This document shows positions 11,709 to 20,000 of a stretch of 20,000 bases of DNA, in pieces (the stretch's first letter is position 1; every line of letters starts with the position of its first letter). Source of the DNA: Xylographa opegraphella (taxonomy: Eukaryota); assembly GCA_022813865.1 (NCBI GenBank), contig JALDZX010000079.1, positions 52,294-72,293 on the forward strand, read 5' to 3'. Made by a program: the position numbers and the translations under genes. A model generated the notes under the pieces. The model did not search any database and was not told the DNA's origin. It saw only the letters and a list, made by a program, of their open reading frames with translations.

Positions 11709-12778
11709 CTAGTGATCGACCATTGCCTCCGCACACAGCGCTGCCACATCTTCCGCTGTCATTCCCCGCTGCCTGCTCTCGGTCTTTTCCTGGCCAAGTA
11801 CTGTCTCATCAGCCACAAACCGATAAACATCACTCACACCTCTGAACAAGTCCCCGCCTTTCCCCTTTCCGATCTCATTCTCCTCGGTCTCCTCACTACG
11901 CCTACAGGCAAAGCCTCCGAACTCCTCCATTGTCCTTGCAATTTCCTCCATCTCGGCAACCCAGCGATAGGCCTTGGGTGGCATACTCACCAGTCCCCTC
12001 GCCGCCGATGCTCCTGCACTCGGATTGTACTCCTGAAGGTGAGCTTGAAGCTCCGGCAAGACGCCCATCCGCTGCGCCGTTGTGAAGGATTCAATGGCAA
12101 TGGCAGTGAATCCTTTGCTCATGGCTGCGAAGCACATCTTGAGGCCACTGGCTGGACCGATCTCCGCAGAAATGTGCTTGACATTGAGCAGCTGGGCGAG
12201 CTGCTGTCCGCTCTTGGGAGCGTCGTGGAGCGGATACGGGCCGGAGACAACGATGCTGGGCTTGTAAGTACAGGTTGCAGCATTAGAAGGGTGAGTCAGT
12301 TTTGGTGGCCCGCCGATGATCCCACCGTCAAGGAGACGGATCGCCGGCGTGGAAGAGAAACGTGCGGCCACGGTCTTGGAGGTGGCAGGAGAGACGGCAT
12401 TGAGATCCAGGAAGTACAGAGGCGCGGACTGCTGGCGGTGGGCAGAGCGGGCTGCAGTTTCGATTCGGCTGGCGATGGAAATCGCATCGCGAGGGGGGAC
12501 GATGGAGAGGATGTAGTCTGCTTGCTCGACGAGGGCGATGTCATCAGGAAGCAGCTCCACAGAGGCAGAGCGGGCGCGCCGCTTTGTATCTTCGCTGGAG
12601 CCAGCATCTGAGTATATCAACGGACGGAACAGACGCTGGTGAGGGCGTACCTTCGGTCTGCAGCGTTGGTGACGACGCGGTAGCTGCTGGCGGTCAGGAG
12701 CTTGGCAATGCCAAGGCCCATGTCGCCGATGGAGAGAATTCCCAGCGTGGCCAGAGCAGTGGCCGGAGAAGTGGCCAT
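11709..12778 (-). CDS. 6-phosphogluconate/3-hydroxyisobutyrate dehydrogenase-like NAD(P)-binding protein with C-terminal DUF1932. Exons 12778-12651 and 12594-11709
   Basis: Rossmann motif LGILSIGDMGLGIA, plus DYILSIVPP, LDLNAVSP, DGGIIGGPP, IGPASGLKMCFAAMSKG and PKAYRWVAEMEEI. Intron 12650-12595 (GTACGC..TTGAT..CAG) gives the junction DRSEDTKRRA. Confidence 0.88.
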
Positions 12779-13144
12779 GGCGAATGCTGTTTGGCTCACA
12801 GGCGTGGATGATGCAGCGAGAGACAGGCTACGATGCAATACTGCGCTTCCCTTTGGACCAATATTTTATCGCCCTGGACTACTTCGCCATACACGCGGTG
12901 GTCGGGCTCCTTTACGGCAAAATAGCGGAATATCTACCTAGCAATGTATCCGACCACAGCTCGTTGTGCCTCATCAGAGCAAGCCTTTTTAGCTGATCCT
13001 GAAGCAGAGGTTGGAGAGGTTGAACGCATATTACGTTGTGGCTGACGTCGAGCATTTAGGGCTGATCCGCAATGGACGGCTTGAAGTTTTCTACTTGAAA
13101 ACGATTGGAGGTTGAAGAAGACATAATATATCGCCTTGTTCTGG
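12779..13144. promoter_or_regulatory. Divergent promoter region between the dehydrogenase and SET/MYND genes
   Basis: Head-to-head ATGs about 366 bp apart. Positional inference only. Confidence 0.5.
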
Positions 13145-14752
13145 ATGAAGCAACCCGCGTCTGAGGAACAATGGCAATGCCTTACCGACAGACTCTATAG
13201 AAGCCCATACGATGCAAAGGCCTACCTCAACCGAGCAGATCTATACCAGTATCTTGGATTTCCAGATCTCGCCGCCGGAGATGCCTACAAAGCTTTACTG
13301 TTGGCCGACGAGGCCACCGATGAATCAGGAGAATACCATGACGCCGCCCTCGAGGCGTTGATGAATAGCAAGGACGACAACAATGTGGCCTTGGAGGTTT
13401 ATGCGACGTCGCTGGCCTTGAAGTGCTATCGATTGTTGACCGCCAGTCTCAGGGCTTGTGGATGTCTGAAAAGTGCATTCAATTTCTGCGAGCGAGGTCT
13501 GGCCCTAGATGTTCATGATGTCTGGCTCGAGAAGCAGAAAGCTTCAATCATATACCAGTATGAAAGCCTACGGAACTCTTCATTCGACCCGGCTGAGCTA
13601 TCTGATCATGGATCCGTCCGACGAGAGCTATACCCCTGGAACACCCACGAACCAGACCGGTTCTCGACCCAGAGCCTGTCCATCCTGAATGCCGAGTTGA
13701 GTAAAGTGGCGCCAAAATGCTCTGTTGTCGCTGTTGATCTGCCGTTACTCACCGAAGATAACACTCGTGCTGCCGCCAGGACTACAGTCAAGCAGCTAGG
13801 TATTTTCGCCAATGAGAACATTGCGCCTGGCGAGACTGTTCTTCATGAGACGAGTATACTTACTGCGAACAACCGCCTCCACGATCCTTTGTGCGATGCT
13901 TGTTCGTCAGAATTGCCTCCTATGTCTTCAAATCAAACTCTCTATGCTTGTTCGGAATGTGACGATACTGTTTTTTGCAGCGAGAACTGTCTCTCCGTTG
14001 CCACTTCCACCTATCACCCAGCCGTCTGCGGCAAGGATGTCGATGCAATCGGTAAGGACACAGATCCAAAAGAGGCTGCCGATGCCCTGTATCTACTGCT
14101 GCTAGGCCGCGTCTTGGCACTCTCGGAAACCCAGGATTTGCATCCGCTGGATCTGAAAGAGACCAAATATATCTGGGGCGATTTCATTCATCCGAATAGT
14201 AAATACGTGCACTCGTCAACCGCGTCGGACTATACCATCGCACACCATCTGCCCTTTTCATTCACGTATAATATCCTCGCCCCGCTACATATCCTCGAGA
14301 AAATGGACATCGACATCTACGCGAGCCTGGAACGTTACGACTTCTGGATCCTCAACACATTATACGCCAAGTTCAGAGGCACCGCGAGCGCACGATTGAG
14401 TACGAGGGATGGTCGACCCGAAGTGTGTGCCGTACACCCGATGTGGTGCCTGGCAAATCACAGCTGCGCACCTAACGTGCGATGGGAGTGGGGCGGCGAG
14501 ATCAGATTTTGGGCCAGAGCCGGCGATGAGATTGTAAGGTGGGGTCCGGAGAAGGAAGATAGGACGAAAGACACATGGACGGGCGGGATCCGCATGGGGC
14601 AAGAAGTGCTGAATCATTACTGTGATCCAGATCTGGGTGTCAAGGCGAGAAGGGAGTGGGCTGTGGGTGCTCTGGGCGGGATGTGCATGTGTAAGCGGTG
14701 TCTCTGGGAGGCAGAGGAAAGTAACGGCGGTGATCCGAATAAGGATGTTTGA
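13145..14752 (+). CDS. SMYD-like SET-domain protein with inserted MYND-type zinc finger and N-terminal TPR-like helices; putative lysine methyltransferase
   Basis: N-SET GIFANENIAPGETVLHE; MYND-like CDAC..CSEC..FCSENC..YHPAVC; SET motif LANHSCAPNV; EVLNHY; post-SET CMCKRC; TPR-like AYLNRADLYQYLGFPDLAAGDAYKAL. Intronless, with the first ATG at 13145. Confidence 0.87.
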   Translation: MKQPASEEQWQCLTDRLYRSPYDAKAYLNRADLYQYLGFPDLAAGDAYKALLLADEATDESGEYHDAALEALMNSKDDNNVALEVYATSLALKCYRLLTASLRACGCLKSAFNFCERGLALDVHDVWLEKQKASIIYQYESLRNSSFDPAELSDHGSVRRELYPWNTHEPDRFSTQSLSILNAELSKVAPKCSVVAVDLPLLTEDNTRAAARTTVKQLGIFANENIAPGETVLHETSILTANNRLHDPLCDACSSELPPMSSNQTLYACSECDDTVFCSENCLSVATSTYHPAVCGKDVDAIGKDTDPKEAADALYLLLLGRVLALSETQDLHPLDLKETKYIWGDFIHPNSKYVHSSTASDYTIAHHLPFSFTYNILAPLHILEKMDIDIYASLERYDFWILNTLYAKFRGTASARLSTRDGRPEVCAVHPMWCLANHSCAPNVRWEWGGEIRFWARAGDEIVRWGPEKEDRTKDTWTGGIRMGQEVLNHYCDPDLGVKARREWAVGALGGMCMCKRCLWEAEESNGGDPNKDV

Positions 14753-15023
14753 TATTCTTGTCTCAGCATTAGATAAAGCTGGGCATAATATCACGGATTT
14801 CATATCAAGTGAGCATGGTTTAAAGCCGTTCTAATAATAACTCCACTATTGCAGTTCTCCGCAGTGCAAGAAGCAGGTGTCTTTCATGTTGAAGAAAGAG
14901 CTAGAGGTCTTCGATGTAGATCGCTCCAAAGAGTAGCAAGCGGTGTCAGGCGGGTTACCCAGTTGGCATTGTGATCGAGACCCAGCATTTTACTACGTGG
15001 AGTCAACCATGCGAATCGTAACA

Positions 15024-16025
15024 CTACCACCACTTCTCGCAGAGCACTCTGTCCTCCGTCATACCCTCGGCCGATTGTAGCACGTCGACAAACTCGTCCG
15101 TCATTCTCGCTGGGCCACAAACGTAGGTCACCACCCCCTTTCGCTCTTCTGTCGGCCCCAAGGCACTGATGAGGTCTTGGTGAGATATCCTCCGATTCCG
15201 CACAGCCACTTCCTTCGACGGACTCCCTTGACTCTCATTCAACAGCGCAGCATCACTGGGCCCTGTGAGACATAGCTCCAACGTCCGACTGGGAGACGGA
15301 CGTGCTGCCATCAATTCCCGGATGCGTGGATAGAATAGGATCTCATCGATGGCTTGGGTTGTACCACGGGTAGTGTAAAGGAACCTGATATGCCCCGGAT
15401 CGAGAGCCGGCTGGTTATAGATATGGGCGAATATCGAGATCAGAGGACTATGAACCGTTAGGATCTACTTCGAACCATACGTATGTGGTTATACTTGATG
15501 CCTACTCCTCCAGCTACCAAGACCAAGCGCTTCACCTCCTTGGCAGGTATCGCTGGTGGGGGCCACACGAAGCTTCCGCCGACCTTGATCAACAGCGTTT
15601 GGCCCAAGATCTCAGAACTCGGCCGCCATAGCCACGCGGCGGGCGGGTTCTTCGGCGAGTCCTGGATCGCCAGCTCGACAAACCCGTCTCGCGAATGTTG
15701 ATACTCAGCGTCCCGCGGCGTGGAGGTGATGGTAAAGCCCCCTGCTTTTGGGAGGCCGGGGACAAACACGTCTAGCCATTGCCCGGGGAGGAACTGTGCT
15801 GAGAACACTGGTCAGCTATGCAGTGAGGACGGTGGAGGGTTTCCTCACCTTGAGGGAAGCGCGATTGAGGAGCGATAGTTGAAGGAGGCGGATGCGGGGG
15901 TTGACCAGGTCGATCTTGGAAAGCTTCACTTCGTGCAGACCGTTCTGGCGGGGCTGGTGAGCTGTACGCTGCAGGTGGCCAAGGGCGGAGCGGGATGTGG
16001 ACATGCTTCGGCGCCAGGTTGCCAT
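15024..16025 (-). CDS. OXNAD1-like FAD/NAD(P)-binding oxidoreductase (ferredoxin-reductase fold), probably mitochondrial. Exons 16025-15849, 15793-15495, 15447-15024
   Basis: FLPGQWLDVFVPGLPKAGGFTITSTP, LVAGGVGINPLISI after splicing, YVCGPARMTD and terminal CEKWW. Introns 15848-15794 (GTGAGG..GCTGAC..CAG) and 15494-15448 (GTATAA..CCTAAC..TAG). The N-terminus resembles a presequence. Confidence 0.88.
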
Positions 16026-16747
16026 GAGAGGCGGAGCGTCTTCCTAGTCGTGCCTTGGAGACGGAGTCGTGGAGATGATTGGATGGGCGGCGAGGTTGAT
16101 TCGAAGGAGCGCTTTGCCCGATTGAGCATCGAGGTTGTGATTCAACGTGTATCTACTCCGTACTCTAAAGTTCATGGTAGGCCTGCATCAAGTCCATTTC
16201 GTCTGATCTGTCCAGGATTGCCAACGACAGGTGGAAATACCCCGTCGCGCCGACCCCACTCAGGATGAAGCTACAATGGAAGAAGTCGTATTCATACCGA
16301 AGCGGGGTAGTTGAACCGTGTTCCGCTCCACGAATGGCAATTTTCTCTACTTCACTTGACCTTCAGCTTATCATCATTGTTTCCTGCGAGCGCCTCTCGG
16401 TCCCCGTTCGTATCAATCTAGCCTGAATTTATATGCTTCCTAAATATGTTGCGGGTGAACTGGCCGCCTCCGAGCTTTATATTTCATCCAACGGCAAAAT
16501 TGGCTCCGTATAGCACGAAAAGGATTCTCGGGGCTTTAATGTCTTGTTTTAATGCAATCATGTTGATGGGTTTGAGGTTCACTTATTCAAATCAAAACTC
16601 CACTGTATTCCGACTCAGTCGTCTTCTGCGATTTTTATATCTATCAGTATAGAACTTTGTAACCTTGCTTTGAGTTTAGGCAGGCCGAACACCGTCAACT
16701 GTCGAGGCTATTCTGTACGCATATTGATTATCGAATTCAATATCGTT
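16026..16747. promoter_or_regulatory. Divergent promoter region between the OXNAD1-like and TauD genes
   Basis: Head-to-head ATGs about 720 bp apart, with an AT-richer segment near 16540-16660. Confidence 0.5.
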
Positions 16748-18067
16748 ATGTCTCCAACTGCTATTAATCATGAAACGGCCGTGGTGTCTTCATCGTCCTT
16801 GAAGGACGCTGCCAATGGCACTCAGCATACAACTTTCAAAGAGCCTCTGGTCTCAAGTGGATCCCTCGACCGATTTACACATCTCGAGAGCACACCGCCG
16901 ATCGGGCGAGAGTATCCTGAACTCCAGCTATCAGACCTGATGAGCTCGCCTGAACGCGATCAATATACTCGAGACCTCGCAATCGTTGGTATGTCGCGCT
17001 TTGTTCATCACCAGGAATCCAATGAGACCCTGACTCTGCGAATTCAGTGTCGCAGCGTGGAGTGGTATTTCTTCGTGCTCAATCGGGCTTAACCGTGGAG
17101 ATGCAGAAGGAATTCATAGACCTGCTAGGCAAACTGTCCGGTCGACCCGAGACTTCGGGTTTGCATGTCCACCCTCTCATTGAAGGCAAAAGGGATGTGG
17201 GCGTGAACGAAAAGAATGATCATGACGAGAAAATATCCGTGATATCGTCACAGTTAAGTAAGAAGCTCGCTGGTGGAGGATATGGCGGCGAGCACTACAT
17301 GAATGCCAAGCGCGGATGGCACTCGGAGTACGTTCGACCGCACAGAATGCTGTAATCAACTCGAATGATGTTGTGCAGTCTGTCTAGGTGAGCGTGGCTG
17401 AGCAGCTTGTAGTATGACCTTTGAACACATCCCGTCCGATTACGCGATCCTCAAGATGCGCGTCACTCCCTCTTCTGGGGGCGATACCCTTTGGGCCTCT
17501 GGCTACGAAGCCTTCGACCGCATCTCCAGGCCATATCAACAGTTCCTAGAAAGCCTGACCGCAACGCACAACAACCCCGGATTCGTCGCGTCAAGTCAGC
17601 GTCTTGGTTTTGCCATTCATCCCGGCCCTCGAGGCGCACCTGAAAACGTGGGAACCGACCTGATCGCTTCACACCCAATCATTCGCACCAACCCCGTGAC
17701 GGGCTGGAAATCCCTTTACAGCGTACTCGATCAGGTGCAGCGGATCAACGAGCTCAGCAAGCAGGAGTCTGATGAGATCATGTCCTACCTCGGCCGCTTG
17801 ATCCACGAGAACCACGACCTCCAAGTCCGGATGAAATGGGGGAAGGATGATGTTGCTATCGTATGTTTGGATCTTTACTGGATGGCCTTGTCGTTACTAA
17901 CGGGTGATAATCTGTAGTGGGATAACAGGAGCACTTATCATACCGCGACTGTCGACTTTGACGGCAGCAAGGAGGTTCGCACGGGGAATCGAGCAGTCAG
18001 CATGGGCGAACGGCCGTACCTCGATCCGAATTCGAAATCGCGGCGTGAAGCATTGGGACTTATGTGA
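16748..18067 (+). CDS. TauD/TfdA-family Fe(II)/2-oxoglutarate dioxygenase (JLP1-like sulfonate dioxygenase), about 372 aa. Exons 16748-16988, 17048-17327, 17413-17860, 17918-18067
   Basis: TPPIGREYP, RDLAIVVSQRGVVFLRAQ, the HxD motif WHSDMTFE formed across intron 2, GGDTLWASGYE, HPIIRTNPVTGWKSL, IWDNRSTYHTAT (distal His), R.GNRAVSMGERPYLDPNSKSRRE. Introns at 16989-17047, 17328-17412 and 17861-17917 are all GT-AG with branch sites. Confidence 0.92.
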
Positions 18068-18700
18068 ACAATGCACCTTACAAAATACTTGTATAAAGTT
18101 GGCTTCATGAGGTTACATTGATGGGGAAGTTAGTTTACATATTGACCCAAAAAGGGAGAGAAAAACCACTTTATCAATGCCAAATCAAAATGAACCCGTA
18201 TCTATCGGCTAGCTGTCAAAGCTGAACCACCCATAGAGTAAATCAAGCCTTGGAAAGGTCAAGGAGCCCACCCGTGACTTTCCGCCAATCGTCGCCCCAT
18301 TCACCTCCCTTCACCGTCTTGCAATTCTATCCCAAAGCATATTTATCGTACACTCAAGAGTCGGCTATTCACTATTTGATCCAACTCATTTTGTAACATA
18401 TGGTATCGCGTCCAGATCGTAAGCTGGCGAAGCTCTGTAGCGACAATAGCTACTGAAAGTCGATAGTCGATATAGTTGTCGCTGACGCCTAGCAACCAGG
18501 AGGTAAGACACGAAAGAGCTTCATTCCATTATTGATTCCAAGGTAATCAGCAGAAGCATACTCAAGACTCGAATCAAGCAGCCGGCTCAAAATATCGTAA
18601 AACCGCTTCGTCGTTAGATCGTGTGCGGAATACCAGATCATCGCAGTATCATTTAAATCGTAACTGTAGCCTCCGCCCCCCCTCAACCACTCACTTCCTC

Positions 18701-19414
18701 TCACCGCCTCCGCCGCTCCCTCTGCTCATAACTCGACCCCTTATCCGCCTTATCGACCTTCTTCCCCGCGTACCACCCTGCCAGGCCCCCCACCACCGTC
18801 GTCCCCAGCCCGGGGAATATCAGATCCCCGATCAGCGCCCCACCCGTGGCGCCCAGGATCCCGTTGCGAGACGAACTTCCCTTGGAGCCGCGCGTAAGCC
18901 GCTCGTCGCGCGAGTGCGGCCGCTTCTGGTGCGGTTTATGGCGGTGGTGGTGCCGTCGCTCGTATTCCGGGTCCGAATTATAGCCCGCGTCGGCGGAGTG
19001 GCGGCGCTGGTGGCCTGGTGATTGTGATTTGCGAGGCGGCGGGTAAGAGCCGGGAGGAGGGTAGGGTTGGGGCTGGAGGTGCTGATTCGGGGGATAGAAG
19101 GCGCCAGGCTGCGGTTGGTAAGGAGGGTATTGCTGTCTGGCGGCCGGAGGATGTTGCTGTTGGGGCGGAGGAGCGTACGGCGCTGACTGCGAGGCATAGT
19201 ACGAGTTTGAATCTTGCCGCTGCTGGGGATACTGCGGTCGCAGTTGCGGTGAGGGCGCCATCGCTGAGCCGGGCGAGTATGGAGGCGGACCGTCGCTGTA
19301 AACGGACGGCGGGTATTGTTGCGCTTGCTTCGAAGGCGGGGCGAGTGATTGGGAGGGCATTTCGTACGGACCTGAATGGAGAGGGGCCCCTGAATAGTAT
19401 GATGCAGCTGCCAT
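18701..19414 (-). CDS. Pro/Gln/Tyr-rich low-complexity protein with a His/Arg-rich segment and a C-terminal glycine-zipper (2TM-like) hairpin
   Basis: 237-aa ATG-initiated ORF starting MAAASYY, with PPPY/YPP/QQ repeats, RRHHHRHK, and GILGATGGALIGDLIFPGLGTTVVGGLAGWYAGKK (GxxxG zipper). This architecture is common in fungal hypothetical proteins. Confidence 0.78.
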   Translation of the reverse strand: MAAASYYSGAPLHSGPYEMPSQSLAPPSKQAQQYPPSVYSDGPPPYSPGSAMAPSPQLRPQYPQQRQDSNSYYASQSAPYAPPPQQQHPPAARQQYPPYQPQPGAFYPPNQHLQPQPYPPPGSYPPPRKSQSPGHQRRHSADAGYNSDPEYERRHHHRHKPHQKRPHSRDERLTRGSKGSSSRNGILGATGGALIGDLIFPGLGTTVVGGLAGWYAGKKVDKADKGSSYEQRERRRR

Positions 19415-19754
19415 GGCTTGATGTGAAAGTGTGAAGGATGTTACGAGTGAAGGAGAAAGCTGATTATCGTCCGCAAGGCTCTCCCAGCTGAGGTTTTGAT
19501 CACGAGGCGAATCATGTCGGGGGCCGATGTCATCGTCTTGGCAGAGTTAAAAATAGTTTAGCAAATTTTCCCTCGATTGATGTCGTAAAACCCAAAGCAA
19601 CCTTTCAGCCATGCTTCAACGCGGTCTTCTTGGGGAGCTCGAATATAATGATTCGGCCCATGGCTGGGTTACTTATGCTGGTGACTGTCTTGCCCGTCTA
19701 CAGATCTTGTCCTCAGCGATTGAGAAAAAAAGGCTGCCACCTATCCGAGAGAGT

Positions 19755-19858
19755 CGTTGGGGGTCAACAGTAGACCCCCAATGGCGCCCGCCACCGTGGG
19801 AGGGCCCGCGCCCGTGCGCGCCCGGCGTACATCGCAGTCTGACGATAGACCCCCAATG
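19755..19858. repeat. Telomere-proximal inverted/direct repeat module with three TTGGGGGTC cores and three GCGCCCG
   Basis: TTGGGGGTC (19757-19765) and GACCCCCAA (19773-19781) form a perfect 9-bp inverted repeat with a 7-nt loop. TAGACCCCCAATG is repeated directly at 19771-19783 and 19846-19858. GCGCCCG occurs at 19784, 19808 and 19818. Confidence 0.75.
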
Positions 19859-19940
19859 AATTCGTACCGTAGAACCTTTATCCTTTGCGACGCCCGGAAT
19901 CACAATCTGAATCGCGCGATTGATGCGTCGTCCACCATAC

Positions 19941-20000
19941 TTAGGGTTAGGGTTAGGGTTAGGGTTAGGGTTAGGGTTAGGGTTAGGGTTAGGGTTAGGG
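19941..20000 (+). repeat. Telomeric repeat (TTAGGG)10, right-hand chromosome end
   Basis: Ten perfect TTAGGG units run to the end of the window, with the G-rich strand oriented 5'->3' toward the end as expected for a true terminus. Confidence 0.95.

Noticed and set aside
11712..12611. 299-aa + strand ORF antisense to the DUF1932 dehydrogenase
   Set aside because: It is an in-register mirror of a real GC-rich gene, has a non-ATG start and shows no recognisable motifs. Such antisense frames are common by-products of codon bias.
16552..16561. ATGCAATCAT upstream of TauD as a CYS3/MetR sulfur-regulation site
   Set aside because: It has the ATG-N4-CAT spacing but does not fit the ATGRYRYCAT consensus in either orientation, and it is a single copy.
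11709..18067. Dehydrogenase, oxidoreductase and dioxygenase as a secondary-metabolite or catabolic cluster
   Set aside because: There is no backbone enzyme, transporter or pathway transcription factor. The genes belong to widespread families and are interrupted by an unrelated SET gene.
18439..18483. 8-bp inverted repeat AGCGACAA/TTGTCGCT between convergent genes
   Set aside because: It is short enough to arise by chance, with no target-site duplication or other element hallmarks.
18605..18704. Possible intron at the 3' end of the glycine-zipper gene (GTGAGA/GTGAGT...CTAAC...AAG on the minus strand)
   Set aside because: The gene terminates plausibly without it, and it cannot be supported without transcript data.
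18623..19434. + strand ORFs 18623-19021 and 19018-19434, and minus ORF 18832-19197
   Set aside because: These are shadow frames of the GC-rich glycine-zipper gene.
19611..19903. Short ORFs next to the telomere (82 aa + and 76 aa -), both containing WGSTVDPQ
   Set aside because: The shared peptide is an artefact of the DNA inverted repeat. There is no similarity to telomere-linked helicases or reverse transcriptases.
1..20000. tRNA, 5S rRNA, snoRNA, telomerase RNA, transposons or CRISPR-like arrays
   Set aside because: None were recognisable by eye. A C-box-like ATGATGA near 3788 lacks a suitable D box. Infernal or tRNAscan would be needed to exclude them formally.

Overview
Gene-dense, roughly 50% GC eukaryotic DNA from a filamentous ascomycete (Pezizomycotina, inferred from the gene families, the short 47-103 nt GT-AG introns with CTRAY-like branch sites, and the TTAGGG repeats). 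The window appears to be the last 20 kb of a chromosome arm, ending in (TTAGGG)10 at 19941-20000. Nine intact-looking protein-coding genes were reconstructed by hand: (1) the 5' end of an S/P-rich protein gene with an ATG-only first exon, missed by the ORF track; (2) the AFI1/MesA polarity protein; (3) a DUF5321-like mitochondrial membrane protein; (4) separase (ESP1/cut1/bimB); (5) a 6PGD-like NAD-binding/DUF1932 dehydrogenase; (6) a TPR-like/SET/MYND methyltransferase; (7) an OXNAD1-like FAD/NAD oxidoreductase; (8) a TauD/JLP1-like dioxygenase; (9) a Pro/Gln-rich glycine-zipper protein. The most unusual feature is the absence of a recognisable subtelomere. Core genes, including separase, run almost to the telomere, the junction is abrupt, and the only structured non-coding element is a small GC-rich hairpin/direct-repeat module about 80-190 bp from the telomere. 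Family assignments come from motif recognition, not database searches.
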